Source of the DNA: Promethearchaeum syntrophicum
GTDB lineage: Archaea; Asgardarchaeota; Lokiarchaeia; Sigyniarchaeales; Promethearchaeaceae
Length of the DNA: 32,000 nucleotides
Direction: 5' to 3'
Assembly (NCBI RefSeq): GCF_008000775.2
Contig: NZ_CP042905.2
Location: 4,292,195-4,324,194 of the forward strand
Below, piece after piece: positions 18,065-26,191 of the stretch. The position numbers and the translations under genes are program-made. The notes below the pieces were generated by a model that saw nothing but the letters and a program-made list of their open reading frames with translations, made no database searches and was not told where the DNA came from. Within the stretch, counting starts at the first letter, position 1. The number at the start of each line of letters is the position of its first letter.

Positions 18065-18404
18065 TTTAATTTCATCTATTTTCGCACTCTATTTTTATTA
18101 AGACAGTAATGAGGAAATATGATCCCTCAAAATACCCATTTTATGTTTAGAGCGCGTGTTCTACATAAATAATTTACTGATACAATAAATATTAATTCTT
18201 CTATAATATTTCCAAAGTTTTTTGGAAAAATTTTTAGGAGATCCCTAGTTTTTGGTAATGAAATCTTCATAAATATAGTTGAAAAAATTGGAAAGATTCC
18301 CAAAAATGGAATATAATATCTAAAAAGGGAAAAAAAGGATTTAAACGATTTAGAAAAATTACAAAATAATACAAGGTTTTTTATCTTTTTCATAATTTTT
18401 TTTT

Positions 18405-18887
18405 TTACAAAAGAACAATGCCTATTCCTATACTCCCCGCTATGATAAATTCATTTAAAATTGCCCATTTTTTTTCTTTTAAATTTGGAAGCCAAGAAAA
18501 AAGGACATCTCTCACTTTATCAATGCTAGGATGAATAAGCGGATCTCTATGAAAAAACGGTCTTAAAACATACCAATCAATAATATCGGGTAAAACTGAG
18601 AAAAGCATTACCCACCAATATTTTTCAATGAACCAAATGAAGATAAAGACACTCAGGCCATAAGCATATAATAAATGGAATATCTTAAAGAATAAATCAT
18701 CCCAATGTGCTTTATATGGATGATATGTTGAAATTGCAATGCAATCTAACAAATAATGAGAAATTACTGCTAGAACAGCAATAACTATTATTTTCAACGG
18801 AATCGGAGAAGTTACTAGTAATAAATTAAGTATTTTCGCAGTAAGAATTCCAATAAGAAAGTGAGTAGACATTTGCATTTGATTCAT
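18405..18887 (-). CDS. Small integral membrane protein with His/Asp motifs (possibly a DUF457-like membrane-bound metal-dependent hydrolase)
   Basis: The ORF track begins at 18947, but its first 20 codons run through the tRNA-Thr gene. I place the start at ATG 18887 (MNQMQMSTHF...), preceded by 'AAGGA'. The protein is hydrophobic throughout, with 'STHFLIG', 'ISHYLLDC' and 'LPDIIDW' motifs. The functional call is weak. Confidence 0.5.
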   Translation of the reverse strand: MNQMQMSTHFLIGILTAKILNLLLVTSPIPLKIIVIAVLAVISHYLLDCIAISTYHPYKAHWDDLFFKIFHLLYAYGLSVFIFIWFIEKYWWVMLFSVLPDIIDWYVLRPFFHRDPLIHPSIDKVRDVLFSWLPNLKEKKWAILNEFIIAGSIGIGIVLL

Positions 18888-18901
18888 TCCTTGAATAAAT
18901 A

Positions 18902-18974
18902 AGCCAATGGTGGGAATTGAACCCACGGCATCTTGATTACGAATCAAGCGCTATAGCCTCTAAGCCACACTGGC
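18902..18974 (-). tRNA. tRNA-Thr (anticodon CGU)
   Basis: The minus-strand sequence is GCCAGTG-TG-GCTTAGAGGCTATAGC-G-CTTGA-TTCGTAA-TCAAG-ATGCC-GTGGG-TTCAATT-CCCAC-CATTGGC-T. It forms a 7-bp acceptor stem (one G-U), a 5-bp anticodon stem and a 7-nt loop with U33 and anticodon CGT. The T-arm is GTGGG/CCCAC with a TTCAATT loop. It is 73 nt with no encoded CCA. Confidence 0.9.
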
Positions 18975-19058
18975 CTTTTTGAATCTTTAATTAAACAAGA
19001 TTTCTGTAAAACTTTCTAATTAACTAAGGGAAAAAAGTATTGGGATGACCCAATATAA

Positions 19059-20546
19059 TTAATCCGCTTCAAAAAATGTTTTATATGCTAAATAAGTGGA
19101 AAATAGATCTGCTATGTGAATAATTTCATAAGGGCTATGCATATTTATTACCGGAGTCCCCGCATCGACAACATCACAATTAAAGGATTCTGCAAAATAT
19201 TTTGCGATAGTTCCTCCTCCGCCTTCATCAACCTTTCCCAACTCTACAATTTGATATGGAACTGTTTTTTCATCGTAAATTTTTCTGATATAAGCCATTA
19301 TTTCTGCAGGAACATCACTTGAACCATATTTCCCTCCACCACCTGTATGTTTTTCTATTACTATCCCTTTTCCTAATACTGCAGCGTTAAGAGGGTCATG
19401 AACTGATGGAAAAATCGGATTTATTGCAGATCCTACATCAGCAGATAGCATAAGTGTATTTGACAGAGTTAAATGGAGATTAGTTAAAGTTTCAGAAACT
19501 CCTGTTCTTACCATAATATCATTCATTACAAAACGAATCCATGCAGATTGTGCGCCGGTACTACCATTGCTACCTATTTCTTCTTTATCAAAAATTGACA
19601 TAATAGCGGTATTTTTAGGTGCTCCTTTAAGATCAATTAAAGATTTTATTCCTGTCCATGAACAAACCCCATCATCATGACCTGCCGCACCTATCATGCT
19701 TCTATCCAATCCGACGTATCTTGGGGGAAGTCCAGAAACCAAATTTAATTCGGCAGATTGAAGATCAGCTTCGGTAATTCCATGTTTTTCATTCAATATC
19801 TTTAAAATATTAATTTTGAATTTTTCTTTAACCTTTTTTGCATCCTTATTATTGTTTTCATCAATCGGAAGTGCTCCAGCAAGAACATTTAATTCTTCTC
19901 CTTTAAAAGTCTCAGGTGATTTTCTTTTATTTTGAACGTTTTTAGATAAATGGGGTAAAATATCTGGAATGGTAAAAACTGGATCATCGGGATTCTTCCC
20001 AATATCAATTGGAATCTTAGTGCCATCTTTTTTCACGATTAAACCAGTTAAATGTAATGGAATTGTAGCCCATTGATATTTCTTTATCCCACCGTAATAG
20101 TGAGTTTTAAAAAGTGCAACAGCAGCTTTTCCGTCCTCATATAATGGCCGCATTTTTAAATCCAATCGGGGAGTGTCAATATGAGATCCAATCATGTGGA
20201 TTTTTTCTATTAATGATTTTTGACCAATCACTGCCATAGCAACGTTTTTTTCTCTATTGACATAATAAATTTTATCACCGGGGTTCAATTTGTTAATATT
20301 TTTACCAATCTCTAATCTTTTAAATCCATTTTCTTCAGCTTTCTTTATTGTCCAAGTTGTTCTTTCTCGTTCGGTCCGGGCATTTTTCAAAAAGTCGAAA
20401 TATTCATCGGCAAGTTTCAAAGTTTCCTGTTTTTGGTCATCAGTAAATATTTCCCATCCATGTTTAAATTTATTAACCAATTTATCCTCCAAAGATGGTT
20501 CTTTAGGTTTATCTTCCGACTTACTTTCTGTTGTAAAATTGTTCAT
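19059..20546 (-). CDS. M18-family aminopeptidase (aminopeptidase 1 / aspartyl aminopeptidase-like)
   Basis: 'MIGSHIDTPRLDLK', 'GAAGHDDGVC', 'FDKEEIGSNGSTGAQS' and 'DAGTPVINMHSPYEI' match the metal-ligand blocks of M18 peptidases. The length (~495 aa) is typical. Confidence 0.85.
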   Translation of the reverse strand: MNNFTTESKSEDKPKEPSLEDKLVNKFKHGWEIFTDDQKQETLKLADEYFDFLKNARTERERTTWTIKKAEENGFKRLEIGKNINKLNPGDKIYYVNREKNVAMAVIGQKSLIEKIHMIGSHIDTPRLDLKMRPLYEDGKAAVALFKTHYYGGIKKYQWATIPLHLTGLIVKKDGTKIPIDIGKNPDDPVFTIPDILPHLSKNVQNKRKSPETFKGEELNVLAGALPIDENNNKDAKKVKEKFKINILKILNEKHGITEADLQSAELNLVSGLPPRYVGLDRSMIGAAGHDDGVCSWTGIKSLIDLKGAPKNTAIMSIFDKEEIGSNGSTGAQSAWIRFVMNDIMVRTGVSETLTNLHLTLSNTLMLSADVGSAINPIFPSVHDPLNAAVLGKGIVIEKHTGGGGKYGSSDVPAEIMAYIRKIYDEKTVPYQIVELGKVDEGGGGTIAKYFAESFNCDVVDAGTPVINMHSPYEIIHIADLFSTYLAYKTFFEAD

Positions 20547-20733
20547 TATATTTTTTTATAGTGAAACTTTTTTTATAGGCTTTCTTCAATTTAATGTTCA
20601 TTTGTTAAATGGGGATTTATGAGGCGATTATTGATCAATTAGAATAAAGAATTATGGCTTAAATTACGTAATTGCATTTGTATTTTTCTAGTTTTAACAT
20701 TACAAAGGAAGGAAATGGAGTGATATTAATAAA

Positions 20734-22200
20734 ATGATAACGCAACGAGTAGATGAGAATATCTACGAAGTTCCAGCAGATATGAAATTAATTAAAGTTG
20801 AAGATAAAATCCTAAATTTTAACATGAAAGTGCCAGCGCGAATCTATGCTAATGAATATTTGATGGAAAGAATTAGTAAAGATAAAAGTATTGATCAAAT
20901 TACAAATGTTGCATGTTTACCTGGAATTAGAAAACATGTAATTGCGATGAGCGATGCTCACCAAGGATATGGATTCTGTATAGGAGGAGTTGCTGCCACG
21001 GATATTGAAGGAGGAGCAATATCCCCTGGAGGAGTTGGTTATGATATTAATTGTGGCGTGAGGTTATTAAAAACAGGTTTAGAGTACAGTGAGGTTTCAG
21101 CCCAATTACCAGAATTAACAGAAGGATTGTTTCACAATATACCAAGTGGTTTAGGTTCTAAGGGAAAACTTCATATAACACCTACTGATTTAAATCAGGT
21201 TTTGGATGAAGGAATTAATTGGGCGATAGAAAAAGGATTCGGGTATGATAAAGATCGTGAATTTTGTGAAGATCATGGTTTTACTCAAGGAGCTGACAGT
21301 TCTTTAGTTTCAAAAAGAGCAAAGGATAGAGGGATAAGACAACTAGGATCTTTAGGTTCAGGAAATCATTTCATCGAAATTCAACGTGTTGAAGAAATAT
21401 TCGATGACCGGGCAGCAAAAATAATGGGAATCCAAAAAAATCAAGTTACCATGATGATTCATACTGGAAGTCGTGCAATGGGTCATCAAGTATGTACTGA
21501 TTCTTTGCAGGAAATCGATCATTTAATGCATCGAAATGGGATTATTGCACCAGATCGAGAGTTGGGTTATGCCATAAGTGGAACTAAAGAAGCAGATCGA
21601 TATTTAGCTCAAATGCGGGCAGCAGCTAACTTTGCTTGGACTAATCGGCATATCATCATGCACTGGGCCAGAGAAACTTTTCAATCGGTCTTAGGGCTTG
21701 AACCTTCACAAATGGAATTAATTTATGGATTAGCACATAATATTCTTAAACAAGAAGAACATGATCTTGGTAATGGAATGCGTGGAATGGTGAATGTTCA
21801 TAGAAAAGGCGCAACCCGAGCATTCCCTCCTGGTCATCCCGATGTCCCTGATAAGTATAAAGAAATCGGTCAACCCGTGCTAATACCTGGAAGCATGGGG
21901 ACGTCATCATATTTATGTGTTGGCCAAGAGAAAGCAATGGATTTGAGTTTTGCTAGCACAGCGCATGGAGGAGGTAGAGAAATGAGTCGTTCAAAAGCAA
22001 AACGTCAATTTTGGGGTAAAACCATTAAACAAGAATTAGGAAAACAAGGGATTGTAGTTCGAGCAGCCTCCCTCAAAATTTTAGCAGAAGAAGCTCCTTT
22101 AGCCTATAAAAATATAGATGAAGTAGTGGGAGTTTCACATAATTTAGGGATTATTAAGAAAGTTGCGAAGTTAATTCCGATAGGTGTAACAAAAGGATAA
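20734..22200 (+). CDS. rtcB: RNA-splicing ligase RtcB (3'-phosphate/5'-hydroxyl RNA ligase)
   Basis: 'SDAHQGYGFCIGGVAA', 'GGVGYDINCGVR', 'LGSGNHFIEIQ', 'MIHTGSRAMGHQV', 'LAHNIL' and 'HRKGATRAFP' are present. These are the canonical RtcB metal- and GMP-binding blocks. No intein is present. Confidence 0.95.
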   Translation: MITQRVDENIYEVPADMKLIKVEDKILNFNMKVPARIYANEYLMERISKDKSIDQITNVACLPGIRKHVIAMSDAHQGYGFCIGGVAATDIEGGAISPGGVGYDINCGVRLLKTGLEYSEVSAQLPELTEGLFHNIPSGLGSKGKLHITPTDLNQVLDEGINWAIEKGFGYDKDREFCEDHGFTQGADSSLVSKRAKDRGIRQLGSLGSGNHFIEIQRVEEIFDDRAAKIMGIQKNQVTMMIHTGSRAMGHQVCTDSLQEIDHLMHRNGIIAPDRELGYAISGTKEADRYLAQMRAAANFAWTNRHIIMHWARETFQSVLGLEPSQMELIYGLAHNILKQEEHDLGNGMRGMVNVHRKGATRAFPPGHPDVPDKYKEIGQPVLIPGSMGTSSYLCVGQEKAMDLSFASTAHGGGREMSRSKAKRQFWGKTIKQELGKQGIVVRAASLKILAEEAPLAYKNIDEVVGVSHNLGIIKKVAKLIPIGVTKG

Positions 22201-22230
22201 AAAAATCGATTATAATGAAGCGGAAAATCT

Positions 22231-22635
22231 ATGGACACAACAGAAATTTTTACAATTCGGAATTTTGAACCTGTGAAAATTCGGGGTGAATTATATGGAA
22301 ACCTTATAGAGTTTAACAAAATTAAAAGGCATGTTAAATTCACCTCGAAATTTCATCAACCAGATTTTATTCATAACGATCAAATTGAAAAAATGATTAT
22401 CAAATTTGATAATAAGAGAAAATTATTATGGTTGGGAATCGCAACAATAATACTTTTCATTGGAATTTTTGTTCTTCTTGCCTGGATTCGGTTACCACCA
22501 TGGAAAATCTCAATTAAACTAAAAAAGGAGCAGAAACCCATTGTAATTCGAGCACAGATAGATGAAAGCAAGGCTTCAAATCTCGCCAGTTTTTGTGCCG
22601 ATCAATTTCAAACGATTCTAATTAATCAAAAATGA
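22231..22635 (+). CDS. Hypothetical single-pass membrane protein
   Basis: A 134-aa ORF with one clear hydrophobic helix ('LLWLGIATIILFIGIFVLLAWI'). I recognise no family. Confidence 0.35.
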   Translation: MDTTEIFTIRNFEPVKIRGELYGNLIEFNKIKRHVKFTSKFHQPDFIHNDQIEKMIIKFDNKRKLLWLGIATIILFIGIFVLLAWIRLPPWKISIKLKKEQKPIVIRAQIDESKASNLASFCADQFQTILINQK

Positions 22636-22654
22636 TAATCCACTCTGATTTTTT

Positions 22655-23356
22655 TTAAATATGAAGGTAGTGACCGAACTTTTCTTGTTTGGTCTTGAGA
22701 TAATTAGCATCATATTGTTGAGGTGGAATTTCCAATGGGACTCTTTCTGCAATTTCAATTCCATAGTCACCCAAAACCATTTTTTCCGGATTGTTGGTTA
22801 ATAAGCGAACCGATTTCACTCCAATTTTCTTCAACATCTCCGCAGGGATTTCATAATTACGTTCGTCAGGTTTAAATCCCAGCAAAACATTCGCATCCAA
22901 AGTATCTACTCCATAATCCTGGAGCGCATAGGCTCGAAGTTTATTTACAAGCCCGATCCCGCGCCCCTCTTCTTGGTGATACAACAGAATACCTCTCGCT
23001 TCTTTTTCAATTAATTGAAGAGATGTATGTAATTGAGGACCGCAATCACATCGCTTGGAACCCAATGAGTCTCCCGTAAGGCATTTGGAGTGAATTCTTG
23101 TAAGAATATTTTCTCCATCTTCGATGTCACCTTTAACTACCATAATATGTTCCTTATTATCTCGGCTGTTTACAAATGCTAAAATTTTAAATTGTCCATA
23201 TTCGCTCGGAAAATCTGCTACTGAGACCAAACTCACACATATCGATTTACTGCATGCCCCACATTCCAGACTATGTGGTGAATCATAACATTGGCGGATA
23301 AAATTAATATCTTGATTGATAATTTCATCAAATGTCGGTATTTTTACCATTTTCAT
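22655..23356 (-). CDS. ribA: GTP cyclohydrolase II (riboflavin biosynthesis), with a ~45-aa Cys-containing N-terminal extension
   Basis: 'RIHSKCLTGDSLGSKRCDCGPQL' is the Zn-binding C-x...C-x-C block. 'GILLYHQEEGRGIGLVNKLRAYALQDYGVDTLDAN', 'DERNYEIPAEMLKKIGVKSVRLLTNNPEK' and 'YLKTKQEKFGH' are collinear with E. coli RibA as I remember it. Confidence 0.9.
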   Translation of the reverse strand: MKMVKIPTFDEIINQDINFIRQCYDSPHSLECGACSKSICVSLVSVADFPSEYGQFKILAFVNSRDNKEHIMVVKGDIEDGENILTRIHSKCLTGDSLGSKRCDCGPQLHTSLQLIEKEARGILLYHQEEGRGIGLVNKLRAYALQDYGVDTLDANVLLGFKPDERNYEIPAEMLKKIGVKSVRLLTNNPEKMVLGDYGIEIAERVPLEIPPQQYDANYLKTKQEKFGHYLHI

Positions 23357-23559
23357 TACTTTAATAAGTTCGTTAGGACTTAAATTTTGACTTTAATTCT
23401 GAGAATGAAATCAACTTATTACCTTTTTTCTAATACCTCAGAATCTCCTATTCTTTTTAAAAAAAGTTACGTCAATTCTCAAAATTATTTAAGAGTCGAA
23501 AAAGAGAAAGAATCAATTAAACCTGATTAATTTTTAAAATATCATTAGAAGAAAGAAAA

Positions 23560-23675
23560 TGTAGGGAGAGGGATTTGAACCCTCGTTTCACTAAGAACTG
23601 GAGCCTCGGTCCAGCGCCGTTTTGACCAATTTTGGTATAACACCAAAAATGTAGACCATGCTTGGCTATCCCTAC
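23560..23675 (-). tRNA. Class II tRNA-Leu (anticodon GAG) with a ~30-nt insertion (putative intron) in the D-loop
   Basis: The minus strand reads GTAGGGA-TA-GCC-AAGCATGGTC[TACATTTTTGGTGTTATACCAAAATTGGTC]AAAAC-GGC-G-CTGGA-CCGAGGC-TCCAG-TTCTTAGTGAAAC-GAGGG-TTCAAAT-CCCTC-TCCCTAC-A. It has a perfect 7-bp acceptor stem, a canonical T-arm and a 13-nt variable arm (class II). The discriminator is A73 and a T-run follows. Removing the bracketed 30 nt, which are flanked by a GGTC direct repeat and contain a TTTTGGT/ACCAAAA hairpin, leaves an 85-nt tRNA with a D-arm typical of archaeal tRNA-Leu. The anticodon GAG is at 23605-23607. Confidence 0.7.
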
Positions 23676-23717
23676 ATAAAAAAGTATGATCTAACAAATC
23701 ATTCATAAAAAATAAAT

Positions 23718-25640
23718 TTATCTATCTTTATTTGTTTCTGTTTCAACCATTTTTCGAACTTCAATTTCTTGGAAAATCATAATCAAACCATTGATGATTA
23801 AAATTATCCCAAAGGTAATGAATATGATGAAAAATAAAACTTTAAGAAATTCTGAGTCTTGATTGCTAAATGAGGGGAGATGAGAAGATAATATAAAAAT
23901 ATCATTCAATATTAAAATCCCATAGACTAATAGAACCAAACCTATAAATATTAGAATACTAGCCCCTACAAAATTTAATCTCCGAGCAATTATTTCTTCT
24001 TTTTCTGAATGGTGAGTTATCCCACCGATTACTATGGTTTTCTCATCCTTCAAGAGTTTCGGTAAAATCCTTCGAATTGTAAAAAGATCGAATAATAAAG
24101 ATATAATCCCAATACATCCCATCAAATAGATTGAAATATTAAAGAAGAGTAGATCTGAGCCGTTAAAAGAAACTTTTATAGATAAAATACTCCAAAGTAG
24201 GATTAAAATAATGCTGATACCAAATTTACTACCGTTTAAAAGTAATAATAAATGAGTACGACGCGCAATACTAAAAAGGTAATAAATTATTCCCATTAGG
24301 ATTAAAATGATTCCAACTATTACACCTAGAAATCCTATGTCGGTGGAAAACATTGAAAATATTAAGATGAGACTTGCAATTATTGCCATAATGGGTATAA
24401 ATGGATATAATGGAACCTTCCAAGGGCGAATAAGGTTTGAACGTGTATTTCTGAGAATAATTAAAGATATAGATAGGATTACCATAGATAATAAAAAGAT
24501 AAAATTACCTATCTCGGAAATCAAATTGATATCAGCAATAAATGTAATTATAATTATAAGCACAAAAGATGAACCCATAGCTACCCATTGAACTTGTTTT
24601 TTATTTTTTTTCAAAAATCCTTTATTTAAAAATCCGTCTCTTGCCATTGAATGGAGTAAGTGGGTGGACATTTGAAATCCTGAATTGATTGATGTAGTAG
24701 TTGCAATCATACCAATTAAACCAATAAAATAAATGCCGAAGTTTCCAAATCCAAGACCGAATATATCTGCTAAAGGAGCATCAGATTGGTCTAAAATGAT
24801 AGAATTCCAAGAATTTGATGATGTACTTCCAAGATTAATTAATGCAACAAAGCTAACTAACCAATAAATAACAATTCCGATTATAATGGATATTAGATAT
24901 ACCCGCGGAATAGTTTTTCTCGGTTCTTTAATTTCATCAAATTTAGTAGTAAGTGATTCAAAAGTAGAATTCCATTCATAAACGCAGAAAAAAACAAAGG
25001 AATATGCAGCGGTTGATAAGATTGGTCCAATTTCCATCCGTTCTTGAAAAATTTCAAATCCAAAATCATTATTTAGAGAACTTCCTAGAAAACCGCCCAA
25101 TATAATAAAGGTAATAAATCCAAATAGGAGAGTGTAGGTTAGAATCTTCATTATGCTATTAAGTTTATCGGGATAATATAAAGTAAAGACAAAAAAGAAC
25201 AGAAGAACTGCAAACCCGATAATAGAAACCGTAGTTGAGTTCAAAGAATTAACTGGAAGAAACACGGTCAGAGATAAGGCAAATCCAATTCCTGATAATG
25301 CAGTAAATAATAAATTTCCAATCCACATTCCCCAACCGATTAGAAACCCCGAAAGACCGCCTATAGCTTCTTTTGAGAAAGAGTAGCCACCACCGGCTAT
25401 CGGCAAAGACAAAGCAAGCTCACTGTAGATCATTATAAATAAGATCATAAGAAGTCCGCTAAGGATCAAAGAAATAAGGAGACCAGAATTAGCCTTTAAT
25501 ATAACAATCCCCAGAATGGCGAAAATTGGTCCTCCAATAGTCCCCCCCAGAGCTTGCTTGAGCATTCCCAACATGCCCATTTTCTTTTGGTTTTTTTTTG
25601 AGAGTGTTACTGAAGGTTCTATTTCTTCATCAATTGCCAT
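23718..25640 (-). CDS. APC-superfamily amino acid/polyamine permease with an additional C-terminal multi-TM extension
   Basis: 'LKQALGGTIGGPIFAILGI' is the G-rich TM1 motif of APC transporters. It is followed by ~12 hydrophobic helices and then ~200 further residues with 4-5 more helices. The ORF track starts at 25733. I trim to ATG 25640 (MAIDEEIE...) because the upstream 31 codons overlap the divergent gene and look non-coding; ATG 25652 is an alternative. Confidence 0.8.
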   Translation of the reverse strand: MAIDEEIEPSVTLSKKNQKKMGMLGMLKQALGGTIGGPIFAILGIVILKANSGLLISLILSGLLMILFIMIYSELALSLPIAGGGYSFSKEAIGGLSGFLIGWGMWIGNLLFTALSGIGFALSLTVFLPVNSLNSTTVSIIGFAVLLFFFVFTLYYPDKLNSIMKILTYTLLFGFITFIILGGFLGSSLNNDFGFEIFQERMEIGPILSTAAYSFVFFCVYEWNSTFESLTTKFDEIKEPRKTIPRVYLISIIIGIVIYWLVSFVALINLGSTSSNSWNSIILDQSDAPLADIFGLGFGNFGIYFIGLIGMIATTTSINSGFQMSTHLLHSMARDGFLNKGFLKKNKKQVQWVAMGSSFVLIIIITFIADINLISEIGNFIFLLSMVILSISLIILRNTRSNLIRPWKVPLYPFIPIMAIIASLILIFSMFSTDIGFLGVIVGIILILMGIIYYLFSIARRTHLLLLLNGSKFGISIILILLWSILSIKVSFNGSDLLFFNISIYLMGCIGIISLLFDLFTIRRILPKLLKDEKTIVIGGITHHSEKEEIIARRLNFVGASILIFIGLVLLVYGILILNDIFILSSHLPSFSNQDSEFLKVLFFIIFITFGIILIINGLIMIFQEIEVRKMVETETNKDR

Positions 25641-25684
25641 ATCTAAAAACATGCTTTTATGTCTTAAAAATATATGATTAAATA

Positions 25685-26191
25685 ATGGGAAAAAAGAATT
25701 TAAAAAATGAAGATATTGAAAAAGAACTTGCACAAGTTGATGAAATTTCGAATATTGAAGATATTCCAGATGACATTTTACTCAATGAAGATTTGGATGA
25801 CCCCTTACTTGATGAAATGGATGCGATTTTACATGGAAAAGAATACAAACCAAAGCCTAAACCTGAACTTAAGGAAAAATTATATAAAAACTCCAAAAAT
25901 CAGGAAGGGTCTAAATCAAATTCAACCAATATTTCTAATAATATCGAAATCCCCCAACAAATTGTAAAGGAATTCACCATTTTCCTATTAAAAAAATCAA
26001 AAAGCTTTGAAGAAATGTCATTTCAAACAATTCTTAGGAAAATTCCCAAGGAATGGCAATTTACAGAGTTAATTTTAATTGATACAATAGAGAGTATAAT
26101 TGAAAAAAAAGGAATTACATCTTTTAATATGAAAATGACCGCTAATTCTCTTAAATTTTATCCAATTAAGAAGAAAAAAAACAATAAGTGA
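25685..26191 (+). CDS. Hypothetical protein: acidic disordered N-terminus plus a C-terminal winged-helix-like domain
   Basis: A 168-aa ORF with an ATG start. The N-terminal 60 aa are rich in D/E ('DIPDDILLNEDLDDPLLDEMD'). The C-terminal ~80 aa have a helix-helix-helix-strand pattern ('IVKEFTIFLLKK...MSFQTILRKIP...ILIDTIESIIEKKGI...LKFYPI'). Its stop overlaps the next gene's GTG (GTGA). Confidence 0.5.
   Translation: MGKKNLKNEDIEKELAQVDEISNIEDIPDDILLNEDLDDPLLDEMDAILHGKEYKPKPKPELKEKLYKNSKNQEGSKSNSTNISNNIEIPQQIVKEFTIFLLKKSKSFEEMSFQTILRKIPKEWQFTELILIDTIESIIEKKGITSFNMKMTANSLKFYPIKKKKNNK

Noticed and set aside
18127-18393. 88-aa minus-strand ORF in the tfb upstream spacer
   Set aside because: The composition is F/K/I/L/S-rich with no motif, and the ORF is made largely of A/T runs and the palindromic half-sites noted above. 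It is more likely non-coding spacer. I cannot exclude a small membrane peptide without expression data.
18888-18947. N-terminal 20 codons of the ORF-track gene 18405-18947
   Set aside because: These codons ('MIRNQDAVGSIPTIGLFIQG') are the reverse-strand reading of the tRNA-Thr T-arm and acceptor stem. The true start is most likely ATG 18887.
23396-23444. 8-bp inverted repeat ATTCTGAG...CTCAGAAT (33-nt loop) in the ribA 5' region, considered as a riboswitch or attenuator
   Set aside because: It is too short and has too large a loop to be a convincing structure. It has no FMN-riboswitch-like conserved elements and is plausible by chance in AT-rich spacer.
25641-25733. N-terminal 31 codons of the permease ORF ('MQVLFQYLHFLNSFFPLFNHIFLRHKSMFLD')
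   Set aside because: This stretch overlaps the start of the divergent gene at 25685 and has non-protein-like composition. APC homology begins only after 'MAIDEE...', so I trimmed the gene to 25640.
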